From Octopus sinensis (taxonomy: Eukaryota): a stretch of DNA of 64,000 bases. A program made the translations under genes and the position numbers. This document shows positions 25,043-37,294 of the stretch, one piece after another (position 1 is the stretch's first letter; each line of letters starts with the position of its first letter). The DNA lies in NCBI RefSeq assembly GCF_006345805.1, contig NC_042997.1, positions 43,338,001 through 43,402,000 on the forward strand, in the 5' to 3' direction. A model generated the notes under the pieces. The model had not been told where the DNA came from and did no database searches. It was given only the letters and a program-made list of their open reading frames with translations.

Positions 25043-25317
25043 TGCCAGCGCCGCCTTGGCTGGCTTCCGTGCCGGTGGCACATTAAAAGCACCAGCCGAT
25101 CGTGGCCGATGCCAGAGCCCCCCTGGCACCTGTGCAGGTGGCACGTAAAAAAGCACCCACTACACTCGCGGAGTGGTTGGCGTTAGGAAGGGCATCCAGC
25201 TGTAGAAACACTGCCAGATCAGACTGGAGCCTGGTGCAGCCCCTGGCTTCCCAGACCCCAGTTGAACCGTCCAACCCGTGCTGGCGCAGAAAACGGATGT
25301 TAAACGATGATGATGAG
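25043..25317 (+). mobile_element. RTE 3' end
   Basis: Same family motifs, (GAT)n tail. Confidence 0.85.
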
Positions 25318-26449
25318 GAGGAGAAAGAATATTGGGGGTAAAACTGATTCTTGAGGTGTGCAAGAGTTGATAGTGTGGGTTAAAGAGAGGTCCATTGACA
25401 CACTCTATGATAATAGAATCTGACAGAAAGCCACCAATGCTGAAGGTGAAAGATGAAAGAAGCCTATGTGTGGGTAGTTTTACTTGGAGATTCATATGCA
25501 TAATAAAGTCAACACGTTTCCCTTCTGGAACTAGCATAGAGATCATTTGTGATAATGGATTTGCGTCAGTAACTGCATGGGGTAAATGTAACTTTTTAAG
25601 CAATGTAATAAGTTTACAGTATCTCTATATTATTGAATCCCATTGCAGAATGTAATGGAGAATGTGTAGTCTTGTTATTAATGTTGAAAATAGGGGATCC
25701 TTATGATTGAAAAGAGAGGAAATTGTGTCATTAGCATAGATGTCTATACTATAATGGAGAAAGCTGCTTATTAATTAGGTATGTAACAATTACTAAAAGT
25801 ACTTAAAGAAAGCAATATTAAAAGCTTGACCATCTTGAAATATTTTTTATAAATTCATGTTCTAAGAAATTACTTATAATTTTGATTTCTCAAGTTTATT
25901 GAATATTTTTTTTAACTCCAAATTCTTGCAAACTCCATATTCATTGCATTCACTGCGGAGTAGATTTTAATGTTTAATAATAAATGCTGTTAATTCGTTG
26001 CAGGCAACATTTTAACATTGTTGTTTGCAACAGTCTTTCCTTCTTGCTCGCCTCTATTTTCATTAATGATAATTTAATAATAGCTGTATAACTTTGATAC
26101 AAGACACAATTTCAAGAATATAATCAGTTTCCGGAGTTTGTTAAATGAATATTTTTGATAAAATGAAAATTTTTTAATTTACTGGTAATATTTTTAAGTG
26201 ATTTTATGTTGAATGAATGCATGCTATTACACTAAATAGCTGTATAACTTTGATACGAGGCACAATTTTCAGAATATTATCAGTTTCCGGAGTTTGTTAA
26301 ATTAATATTTTTGTTAAGATGAAATTTCTTTAATATACTGGTATTTTTTTTTTTTTTTAAATGAAGTGATTCTGTTGGTATGGCTACTTGGAACGCTATA
26401 AGCCTTACAGTAATACTATGTGATCACTGATATAGCTAGCATGCTAAAC

Positions 26450-27589
26450 AAGATAGTTTTTAATGAGCTTTAATTTATATATAATATGTGACTGAAAAAG
26501 AAAATTTTGCGGCAAAGGCATAATTACAGAGAGAAAAACGGACAACTGAATCAGATGAAATCAGGGCAAAGTGACTGAAACAGATGTCTGAATATGCACG
26601 GTGATGTAGACATGATTCTGTTTCTGCCACACATGACCAAACCGGTTAGGGTACCTTGAGAGGAGAATATTCTACTTGAAAATAATGGTGTCAGATCACA
26701 AATTGTTGGTGTAGCACTAAAGAGATCTTTTCTTTGCGATCATGTGGAAGTAGAGTTGATAACCAATCTAAGACTTCTTACAGAAGGTCATTCTGATGAA
26801 CGAGTTTGCTAATTACCTTCTTGATGTAGGAAATGGTAACATTTCTGTTAAACAAAGCCTAGGTGAATTCAAAACCAAACTACCCAATGACCCTTGCTTT
26901 GAAAGTGGTACTCTTTCAGATCTCTGTGATTTTGTATCTGCTGACCTCAAAAATAACTTCACAAACCCTGTGTGGCTTTTAAATAGAACCATCATTACTC
27001 TAACAAATGAAGCAGCACAATTTGTGAATGATTTTCTGTTGACCAGGATCCCTGGTGAGCTAAAAAATATACAGAAGCTCAGTTGATAATGAAACTCTGT
27101 ACACAACTGAGTTCATCAACAAACTTACACCATCAGGGTTTCCACCACACATTCTCAAACTGAAGAAAAGAAAAATGCTGCATAATGCTTCTGAGAAATT
27201 TAGATGCTACTAATGGACATTGCAATGGCACACACTACATCATTGTCAGTTTATATGATCATGGTATTGAGGCTGAGGTTGCTTCTGGTTCTTATGCAAG
27301 ATCAGCTCTGCTAATCCCAAGAATACCACATGTGTCTCAAGAAATGCAATTCACATTTACATGCAAACAATTTCCTGTCAAGCCAGCTTTTGCCTCGACA
27401 TGCAACAAGGCACCAGGACAGACATTTGAACAAATTGGAATATATCTTCCGACACAATTCTTCTCACATGGTCAGCTGTATGTTGCATTATCTAGAGTTC
27501 GAAAGAAGGCTAATGTAAAAATACTGGCAGAAAGAAATGGAAACAATATGATTACTGACAATTGTGTCTACAAGGAGACACTACTTTAA
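26450..27589 (+). pseudogene. Helitron Rep/PIF1 helicase relic
   Basis: FANYLLDVGNG, MLLRNLD...CNGT, KQFPVKPAFA.T.NKA.GQT, FSHGQLYVALSRV are PIF1 helicase C-terminal motifs; frameshifted, with motif substitutions. Confidence 0.85.
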
Positions 27590-27881
27590 AGCAAAATATG
27601 CTTTTTAGCAAGTTTCAGTAAATAGAATTAACACATATGTAAAGTAAAATATATTTGTGTGGAATTAAATTGTTTTGGCATATTTCAACACATGTCGAAT
27701 GAATGATGTTAGATAATTTTAAATTTGGGTATATTTGAAAAAGTAAGGAAATGTCATTCCCATGTGTTCTCACAGCACCAGACTTTTGTGTGTGTGTGTG
27801 TGAGTCCAACCATCCATCTATCTATCTGTGTACACCTGTCTAAGTTCTACCAGTTATTAATGATAAATTTATATAACAGAT

Positions 27882-28340
27882 TCATCATCATCATCATCAT
27901 CGTTTAACGTCCGCTTTCCATGCTAGCATGGGTTGGACGGTTCAACTGGGGTCTGGGAAGCCCGAAGGCTGCACCAGGCCAGTCAGATCTGGCGGTGTTT
28001 CTACAGCTGGATGCCCTTCCTAATGCCAACCACTCCGTGAGTGTAGTGGGTGCTTTTTATGTGCCACCAACACAGGTGCCAGACGAGGCTGGTGAACGGC
28101 CATGCTCGGATGGTGTTTTTTACGTGCCACCGGCACGGAGGCCAGGCAAGGCTGGCGCGGCCACGATTGGATGGTGTTTGTTATGTGCCACCGGCACGGA
28201 GTCCAGGCAAGGCTGGCACAGCCACGATCGGATGGTGTTTGTTACGTGCCACCAGCATGGAGGCCAGGCAAGGCTGGCACGGCCACGATCGGATGGTGTT
28301 TGTTATGTGCCACCAGCATGGAGGCCAGTCGATGCTGTAA
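27882..28340 (-). mobile_element. RTE 3' end with five tandem units of about 61 bp
   Basis: gtgccac cores at 28061, 28124, 28185, 28246 and 28307. Confidence 0.85.
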
Positions 28341-28780
28341 AAAAGAGAGATTATGACTGATAAAACAACGAAAGCAATATTTACTAAGCAAGTGAGCACT
28401 ATTATACAAAGAAATAATTAGACATAAAATATCATGAAAATTATTAGAGTTGGAATCAAATGTGAAAATATTATCAAGTGGCTTGCAGAAAACCAGCCTC
28501 TGGGTGGTCTCTCTGCGAGTGCATATAATTGAAAGATATAGGCAATTTGTAGATCTGTAATTAATGAGTCAAATTCTGGAAGATCCTCTGAATTGAGTTA
28601 AATTTAGACAGAGATAAAATGAGATTAAATGGTTTGCTGAAAGGGAAAGTCTTCATTGGTAATGCCTAAAATTCTATTACTATCAGTTACTTTGGTAAAT
28701 GTGTTATCCCATTGCCTATACTAAACTTTGGTTTATTTAGTTTAAATCAAATTCATTCTGTTTTTTTTTTTTTTTTGCAG

Positions 28781-28923
28781 TTGGTTTCGTATTCCTAACA
28801 GATAAAGGTGTCTCCCGTAGTTGGAATGTGTTTATGTGGGTCGCTCTGTTCATTGGCAATGGTCTCCTTATGTGTCTCTATAGCTTGGAATGGTATGCTC
28901 GTCAGAACTGTCCTGCAACTACC
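28781..28923 (+). CDS. SOAT1: SOAT exon
   Basis: poly-T gcag...gtgagt; (F)GFVFLTDKGVSRSWNVFMWVALFIGNGLLMCLYSLEWYARQNCPATT, containing WNVxMW and EWYARxxCP. Confidence 0.96.
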
Positions 28924-29142
28924 GTGAGTATTAATATTGCTTTTTCACTTGAACTACTCAGTACTAGAGTATTGAAAAATACTTGAAGTTTATGGCTAGG
29001 GGAATGTAATTATCATTTTCATTATCGTGTTTGTTTGTAAAGATTGGCAGAATTATTGGAATACCAAGCTATTACCGAGATGTACTCGCATAGCAAGTAA
29101 TTTGATCTGAGATCGTGTGCTGAAATGAAAACAATTGCAGCG

Positions 29143-29376
29143 TGGAAGGTGTTTGTAAGCCATTTAAGAAACACACAAAAGCCGTTCAATTCACTTCAAC
29201 ATTTAAGTTTAATTTGTCAAAATATTTTCGTCGCTAAAATCCGCGACCTGTTCACTGACAAAAACCTGTGCTTCGCGGATTTTAGCGACGAAAATATTTT
29301 GACAAATTAAACTTAAATGTTGAAGTGAATCGAACGGCTTTTGTGTGTTTCTTAAATGGCTTACAAACACCTTCCA
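29143..29376. repeat. Long palindrome (104-bp arms, 26-nt loop)
   Basis: Arms read as near-perfect reverse complements. Confidence 0.95.
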
Positions 29377-29744
29377 AGCTATTACCTTTTGCTATTTATT
29401 CTGTCTTTTAACTTTCTGCTTTCCATCCATTTGGAGTTGATGAAATAAGCAGTGGTTAAACAGCAGGCTCAATTTAATAAATTAACTCCTCATCCCAAAT
29501 TTCAAGCCTTGTAACTGTTAGAAGTCATTATTAAGTTTTGGATTTTTTTTCCCCCCATTTTTGCAATAAACAGTTTTATTGAAATAGCAAGATAACAAAT
29601 GTTATCAGTTGTACCAAAAAGAGGAAACTTATGAAATGATTTTGATTTTGATTTTTCCAGTTTCAGCTAATGAGCTGTGGCCATGCTGGGGCACCGCCAT
29701 TTAAATGTTAACTTTCATTCAAAATTTTTCTCTGAATATTTCAG

Positions 29745-29819
29745 AATGACTTTTTTGACTACCTCATCCCTCGTTCATGGACATGTGATTTTTCTGGAAT
29801 CCCGCTTGAATCAGATTAA
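29745..29819 (+). CDS. SOAT1: SOAT last coding exon
   Basis: atttcag acceptor; NDFFDYLIPRSWTCDFSGIPLESD*, matching the ACAT F.DY..PRSWTC end; stop TAA at 29817-29819. Confidence 0.95.
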   Translation, partial: NDFFDYLIPRSWTCDFSGIPLESD

Positions 29820-32388
29820 CGAGAGATAAAACTACAGACTTGAATTTCATCTTTTCTGAACATGATTACTCTTCAAAAAAAAAAAAAAGGAAAATATTTT
29901 TGTTAAAAATTAGACTTTGAGGTCTAAATACTAACTGTTAACTCTTGAGATGTTATGGTAATCTTCAGTACTTGTTAATTTCTTGTTAGTTGACTTGAGT
30001 GGAATCTAATAATTAATGACTTACCATTCCATGAGAGAATTCAAATCAGTTTACCAAAATTTTGTTTTACAGAATCAGATTTTTTTAGACTCAAGTTTTG
30101 TTCAATTCTTATTTTTAATTCTTCAAGATTATCAAAATTTTATAATAAAAAAAAAGGGACTTAGGGATTGGATTTTTGGTTGCTGGATATAATTTTGATA
30201 TTTCTGAAACCATACTTCTATCATTATCAGTTGCCTACTAATTTCATCAGTTTGGTTAATTTATTGGTTTTAAGTTGGAAATGTAAAGAGTTAGGTAATA
30301 TAGTTATTACACACAACTCTTTATGAATAAATTTGAAACATTTCTAAAATAAAATTAAGTCCTATTTATTTTACAAATTGTTTTGATAATCTTTCCTAAT
30401 TTAATCCCAGATATATTTGATGTCACTTAACTGTTTCTACAAGGCAACTATAGATTACTTGTATTGAAGAAACACTCATATCTTGTATCTTCTAACACTG
30501 AGTGACATTTATTTTCCATATATAGTAAAAACTTCTAACTCTAAAATGATCCTTACAGGGGCTTCCAAAAGAATAAAACATTGTAAATACATACTGTAAA
30601 TACTTAATCTCTACCATAATATTTGTAAGACAGGGATGATTTTTACTTGAGAATAATTTAGAGAAGTTCTGTACGTTTTGATGTACAAACAAGAGCAAAA
30701 GTATTCAATCCATTTAGATTTCATTTATTCATTCAAAACAGGGATTCCTTCTATCATTATGATGGGTTTCTTGTTTGTCTGCATTCCTTTTGGGGCATAC
30801 AAATGAGGAAACTCAGAGTAGTGATATAATGAATCATCAGCTTTGTGTGTGTGTGTGTGTGAAAATGATAATCATTAACCACTCCCATTTTGTAATTGAA
30901 TAATTAACATTAAAAAATACATCTAGTCATAGTGTAAGTTGGTTGCTGGTTTTACAACACAATCCAAACCTATGCTAATATGGGACATTATGTGTGTGAA
31001 ATAAAGATACTACTTTTGGTTGAGGATTTTGAATTTCAAAATAGATCTTTAGTGGAATTATTTATGCATAAATTTTAGGTAATTACATTTAGTGTTAATT
31101 AGGTTTTTCATTACAGAATGTTTCCCTTTTTGTATTTTTCTTTCAGTTATTTTAATTTCAACTGTTGACATTCCCTGTTAATGTTGCACATTATTCCATG
31201 AAGTTGTTATAATGTATAACCAAACCTTTTTGGCTGTTTATTCTTTTCATTGACATTTTGGTTTTAAGGAGCATTAATGAAAATTAATTTTAATATCATA
31301 TTGTGGACACTCTATAACATAATATCTTACTTATTTGCATAACCAAGAGGGATTTCGGTTCCTATAGACATACACTAAAAAGACCTGCATTAGCAAATAA
31401 GCTGGAGACGCAAGGAGATGACAAAGCTAACAAAGGGGTCACTTGGCAGAGAAGAGAATGGCTGAAAAGACAATGAGAGGTTGAATTTAAAGGAAGTTAA
31501 TAACAACATTCTTGCCTTCCACACAAAGATATTAGTGATGTGTATGAAGTGAATGAATTGTAATTAGGAATCAAAACTACAATGCAAACAAACACTTCTT
31601 GCTAAGAAATTTCTACTGCTACACCGGTTACCATAATTATGTGTTACTGTGTGTGTGTGTGCATGCTCTCATGGTGAAAATTAATGACCCCCCACTCTTC
31701 TAAAGAAGCAAAATCTCAAATTTAACTGAATTATAATCAACCATCCAACAACATAATCCACATTGTAATTTTGTTGCTAAGGAAACAAGTGATAGAACAA
31801 ATCATAAATCTGTGATACTAAATGTTCACTATGCATACAGAATGTGTTGAGAAATTTGAAAATGCCATAAAAATCTTTAGCTTTAAGATTATTAAGGGTA
31901 TTAAGTACTTGAGCAAATAGGAGATGAAGAGGATCATTTTAAATGTCCTGAATGTAATAAAGATTATTTCTAGCCACTCAAATTGACCTTCAGCCAACCC
32001 AACATGTAACTCTAAGGGATCTCCTAGCATTGGCACATCTGGATTCCACATACCACATCATTGCAATACACTGAGTCATCCTTTGCTTGATGATGTTTGT
32101 AACCTTAGCAACTGGAAATTCAATTAATGATCTACAGTTAATGTTGAAGATATTTTCTTTGTTCATTGTTTTTCCTTTACTGTTTCCGGTTCATGATTTT
32201 CTTTGAAATAATTTTGGCATATACGTGTTTGTGTGTGTTTATGTATTATATGTTTGTATGTATGTATTACATATATGTGTGCATGTGTATATAAATATAT
32301 ATATGACACATGCATACATAGTGTAGGTAGTTAGGATATGTCCCAGCTTTTCACTTTGCTGTTTTGTTTATATATATATATATATGTG

Positions 32389-32423
<35 letters not shown>

Positions 32424-32726
32424 CACACACACACACACACACAAATGTATATTGTGTCTATAATGTGCATATGTAGGTAAACATTGTATTATGTAACTCC
32501 ATGCTCAGTATTTTGTTGACTTTGTTTACCTCTAAAACTGTGTTTCATAAAATGGAGTTACTATGTTTATTGTTGCCTGACTGTAAACTGGGTTTGTGTC
32601 AAACGTGAGTAACATTGGTTTCATGTATTTGTTTATAAAACATTACCAAAGATCTTTCTTTCCTTTTATTTTTGTTGCAAACTAGTCAAATTATTTTGTA
32701 ATATATTACACATCATAAATCTTTGT

Positions 32727-32760
32727 AATAAACCTGTATAACTGCACTGGTTGTGTTGTT
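32727..32760 (+). terminator. Candidate polyadenylation signal of SOAT (3' UTR about 29820-32750)
   Basis: AATAAA at 32727-32732 followed by the GT-rich ggttgtgttgtt; it closes a 2.9-kb tract with no recognisable interspersed repeats; other AATAAA hexamers occur earlier. Confidence 0.45.
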
Positions 32761-33479
32761 ACTATGTAGCTCTAATCAGCTGTAAAAAAAAAAAGGGTAA
32801 AGACCCCCTTCGGTCATGAATGACCATGGGATTGCACCTAGAAAGTTACCCTCCTAGACACAAGTCCGGGCGAGGTTGTTTATGGAGGACCAGCAGTCGC
32901 CCATGCATACCGGCCTCCCCTCTCCACGCCACCAGTGTTATCCAAGGGAAAGACAAAGGTCGATACAGCTTGGCACCAGAGACGTCGCAACTCATTTCTA
33001 CAGCTGAGTGAACTGGAGCAACGTGAAATAAAGTGCCTTGCTCAAGAACACAACACGCAGTCCGGTCCGGGATTTGAGCTCACAACCTCACGATCGTAAG
33101 CTCGACGCTCTAACCACTGAGCCATGCACCTTCAGCTGTATCTCGATGATATAGACACCAGGCAAAGCATCTTATGACATGAGTGTAAGATTAAAGGGAT
33201 TTGTCGATACACTCCACCCGTCTCTGCTGCTGTTACTTGACACAGGATGGGCTTTGCCTGCCACTGCTGTCATCCTGAACACCACATCCTATAAGGTGTA
33301 CTTCAAAGATGTAGAGGATGAAGACCATTCAACTACATTTGTTATTGGCAGAGTTTCATAACATGAAATTGAAAACCTACCAAAACTATGGAACACAAAG
33401 GTTTGTTACCTGTGAGTCACCAATGTAAGTTGGGAAAAGCAAACTCGATGAATATTAATGGAATTTGTAGTTTTGTGGT

Positions 33480-33785
33480 ACCAGTGCCGGTGGCACATAC
33501 GAAAACCATCCGAACGTGGCCGTAGCCAGTACTGCATTGACTGGCCTCCGTGCTGGTGGCACGTAACAAACACCATCCGATCGTGGCCGTTTGCCAGCCT
33601 CGTCTGGCACCTGTGTTGGTGGCACATAAAAAACCACCCACTACACTCACGGAGTGGTTGGCGTTGGGAAGGGCATCCAGCTGTAGAAACACTGCCAGAT
33701 CTGACTGGCCTGGTGCAGCCTTCGGGCTTCCCAGACCCCAGTTGAACCGTCCAACCCATGCTAGCATGGAAAGCAGACGTTACAT
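33480..33785 (+). mobile_element. RTE 3' end
   Basis: Same family motifs. Confidence 0.8.
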
Positions 33786-34548
33786 GTAACATGTTTGAGT
33801 TGTAACATAATGTGTGCAGTTAGCATTTTTTTTTAAAGACAGTTCGTAGAAAGAAGCCCTTTCCAGTGGTTTCTTAAAGAGGCATGAATAAAGAATATTC
33901 AGAAGTTTATAAAACAAAAACATTGAAATTTATTCAGTAGTGTAATGAGTGCTAGCAAGTAGTAACAAGGATTAATTTTGCATAGGAATGGGAGCCAAAT
34001 ATATGTGCATGTGAGACAGGAAAAATTGCATGACTTACTATATACACTGAGGTTTATATGAAGCAGAATGGAAGTTGATATTAATAAAATGTGTTGCATG
34101 TGGTTGGTGGTGGACACAGAAAATGTGTCATATCGAAGAAAGTGATGTTGCTTCTATGCCATCAAATCCACAACTAGTTTGAAACTGTCATTTCGTTGCT
34201 GTAGTGAGTTCCTTCAGCTAAGGCAGATCATTGCTGTTATATTTATATGTCTCCTGCTCTGATTGGCTGGAATCTTCCACAGAACAGCTGAACCACAGCT
34301 ACAAGATAGATCTTTCCTGTCTGACTACTGGTTCCCGATGCAGCTTTGTGAGATACATCTTGATTGTGGTTGCTTGAAGAAGAAGAAGAAATTTAGATAA
34401 ACTCACAAGTACAGTCTCCTGAATATGTACATGCTTCACTGTGGTCTGGGATCACATTAGTGGCCCTCAGTTGTTGGATGTAGTTGTGTGAAATGGTATT
34501 GCAATGGTCACAGTGAGAGCAATATTTACTGTAGCATCCACTCTGTCC

Positions 34549-34807
34549 ATCATCATCATCATTTAGCGTCCGCTTTCCATGCTAGCATGGGTTGGACAGT
34601 TCAACTGGGGTCTGTGAAGCTGGAAGGCTTCATCAGGCCCAGTCTGATCTGGCAGTGTTTCTACGGCTGGATGCCCTTCCTAACGCCAACCACTCCGTGA
34701 GTGTAGTGGGAGCTTTTTACGTGCCACCCGCACAGGTGCCAGACAGAGCTGGCAAACGGTCACAAACGGATGGTGCTTTTATGTGCCACCGGCACGGGGG
34801 CCAGGCG
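34549..34807 (-). mobile_element. RTE 3' end
   Basis: Same family motifs. Confidence 0.8.
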
Positions 34808-35181
34808 GTTGAAATCTCTAGTGGTAACTGTAAGAGTGATGGACAAAGTAGACTTAGTAGAAAATTACAATTTCAAGATTTATTAAGGTGGATTGGCAGC
34901 TCAACACAGAATTCATTTTGTGGGCTTAACTCTGAGTTGATTTACCAATCTACTTAATTTACAATGAATTCAATTTTACACATCAGGTCTGAAGTAATCT
35001 TGGTTTTAGAATCAGTTTTTAACTACTTTGTCTCCAGTTGTAGTTTGGGTTTATTGAGAAACAGTATTCTCTTAAGATTGATGAGAGAAAAAGTATGTTT
35101 ACCACATTTTTGTTGAAATCAACTCTCTTTGCTTCCCTAAATTAGTGAAATAAGTTTGTTGTTCTTAAGCTGGCTCTTTAA

Positions 35182-35662
35182 CCCTTTAGTGTTCGTATTA
35201 TTCTGCCAAAACTAATCCTTTTTCATCCACATTGCCTTGAACTAATCAGGCATTATCTTGGAGCTATGAGATTTTGATGAGGTCATCATCATCACCATTT
35301 AGCGTCCACTTTCCATGCTAGCATGGGTTGGACGGTTCAACTGGGGTCTGTGAAGTCAGAAGGCTGCATCAGGCCCAGTCTGATCTGGCAGTGTTTCTAC
35401 GGCTGGATGCTCTTCCTAACGCCAACCACTCTGTGAGTGTAGTGGGTGCTTTTTACGTGCCACTCGCACAGGTGCCAGACGGAGCTGGCAAACAGCCACG
35501 AACGGATGGTGCTTTTACGTGCCACCGGCACGGGAGCCAGGCGAGGCTGATTTTTAAAACAATATTGTGGGGTTGGTGTGAGAGACCAGATCTGGCCAGT
35601 TTGAACATAAAACAGGTAGAATACTTTTGGCCGGATATAACCGGTTTATAAATGCTAAAGGG
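35182..35662. mobile_element. piggyBac-type MITE interrupted by an RTE end
   Basis: TTAA-CCCTTTAG...CTAAAGGG-TTAA. Confidence 0.8.
35283..35548 (-). mobile_element. RTE 3' end nested in a piggyBac-type MITE
   Basis: Interrupts MITE 35182-35662. Confidence 0.8.
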
Positions 35663-37294
35663 TTAAAACAAATTCAGATGAAATTTTGATGGAAGGTTTT
35701 TCAATGTAGATTTATTGAAAACCATTTCTGGTTTGTGTAGTTTAACTCTTTATTAACCATCTTTTGAGTGTCCTAGAGGCAAGTATGTTTGGTTCATAAT
35801 CATAATATGATGGGTTCAATTCCAGCACCTGGCAGTGTATTGTGTCTTTGAGAAACACACTTCACTTTATGTTACTCTATTCAACTCAGCTGGTGTGATA
35901 GTGCAGCAGCACTTTCTCTTTCTGGCTCTCACATCTTCCATATTCCCCTGGATCAAAGACTAAGAAAGTGTCTGTGTCTGCCAGCAACTACTCAGATGCC
36001 TAAAACAATTAACAGAAGCATGGTATGAGATCAGAAATGCTCTTTTTACTTCAACTCATGGACTGATTGCCTACAGATGGATTGCTTTTATATTTTATTT
36101 TCCCTGCTGGTATTCTCTCTTTACATAATCTGTTTGTATTGTATGGTTAAGAAGTTTGCTTTTTCAGCCATGTGTTTCCGCGTTCAATCCTACTGCATGA
36201 CACATTGGAGAATTGTCTTCCACACTGGCCTCAGATTGACCAATGTTTTTTGAGAGCTTTTCACACCTGGGGATATAGATATTTAGAATAGGCTGGAGTA
36301 GTTGATAGGGGTGAGTGAGCAATGGAGAGGAGGTGGGGTTTAAGGGGCAACTGAAGTGTCAAGAGAAGAGAATTTGTTGTCCTCGTCTTTCCATTTATCA
36401 TTCCCATGGGCCCTGGTTGAGAACCAGTGTTGAACAAAGACAAATTTGATATTAGCAGTAAAACTAAAAACCTCCTGTCATAATTCTTAGGTGTGGTTGT
36501 GCGGCTAAGAAGTTTGCTTTGCAATCACATAGTTTCAGATTCAGTCTCGCTGCATGGCACCTTGGGCAGGTGCCTTCTTTGGTAGACGGAAACAGTGTGG
36601 AATCCGTGTTTGTCCTTCTCCCACCACTGCTTGACAACTGGTGTTGGTTTGTCTACACCCCCAGAACTTAGTGGTTCAGCAAGAGATGCCAATAGAGTAA
36701 ATACCAAACTTAAAAATAAACATTCTGAATTTTTTTTTTTTTTTAAGTAATCCCATTTGAAAAGAATCAAGACAGCATGGCTGCTGTCCAATGAATGAAA
36801 CAAGGGAAAGAAAGGAAAATAAGACATGTCTGAATAATATCTGAAAAGACGAGAACAAATTCTCCTCCCTAAACACTTCAATTGTCTGTTCGAACCCCAC
36901 CCCATTTCTCAGTCCTCACTAACCCCTAACAGTTAACATTGAACATCAACTACTCTAACCTAATCTAGATATCTACATCCCTGGGTGTGATAGGCTTCCA
37001 AAGATGTTTGGAAGCTGTAATCTTCCCCACTCCTCTGCAGAACATTGTTTGTAATTTCGGTACAAGACCATCAGTTTCTGAAGAAAAGCATTTAGTTGAT
37101 ATAATAGACCTTGGAAAGATGAAATACAAAATTAACTTCGCCAGGATTTGAACTCAGAATGTAAAGAGACAAAACAATTCTCACAAAGTATTTTTGCTGG
37201 TATTCTTGTAATTCTGCCAGCTTGCCACTTTAGACAGACAAGGAAGAGTAGTTTCTGACTTTAGCACAAGTCTAGCAGTTTTGAGGGGAAGTGT

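Noticed and set aside
27920-28360. Recurrent ORFs beginning MLAWVGRF / MDGSTGVW / MFLQLDALP
   Set aside because: They are antisense translations of the RTE 3' UTR present about 20 times, with frame varying between copies; the repeat-spacer look is a LINE UTR VNTR, not CRISPR.
33179-33420. Possible downstream exon for the 34039 candidate exon
   Set aside because: Every acceptor and phase combination tried hits a stop codon within about 25 codons.
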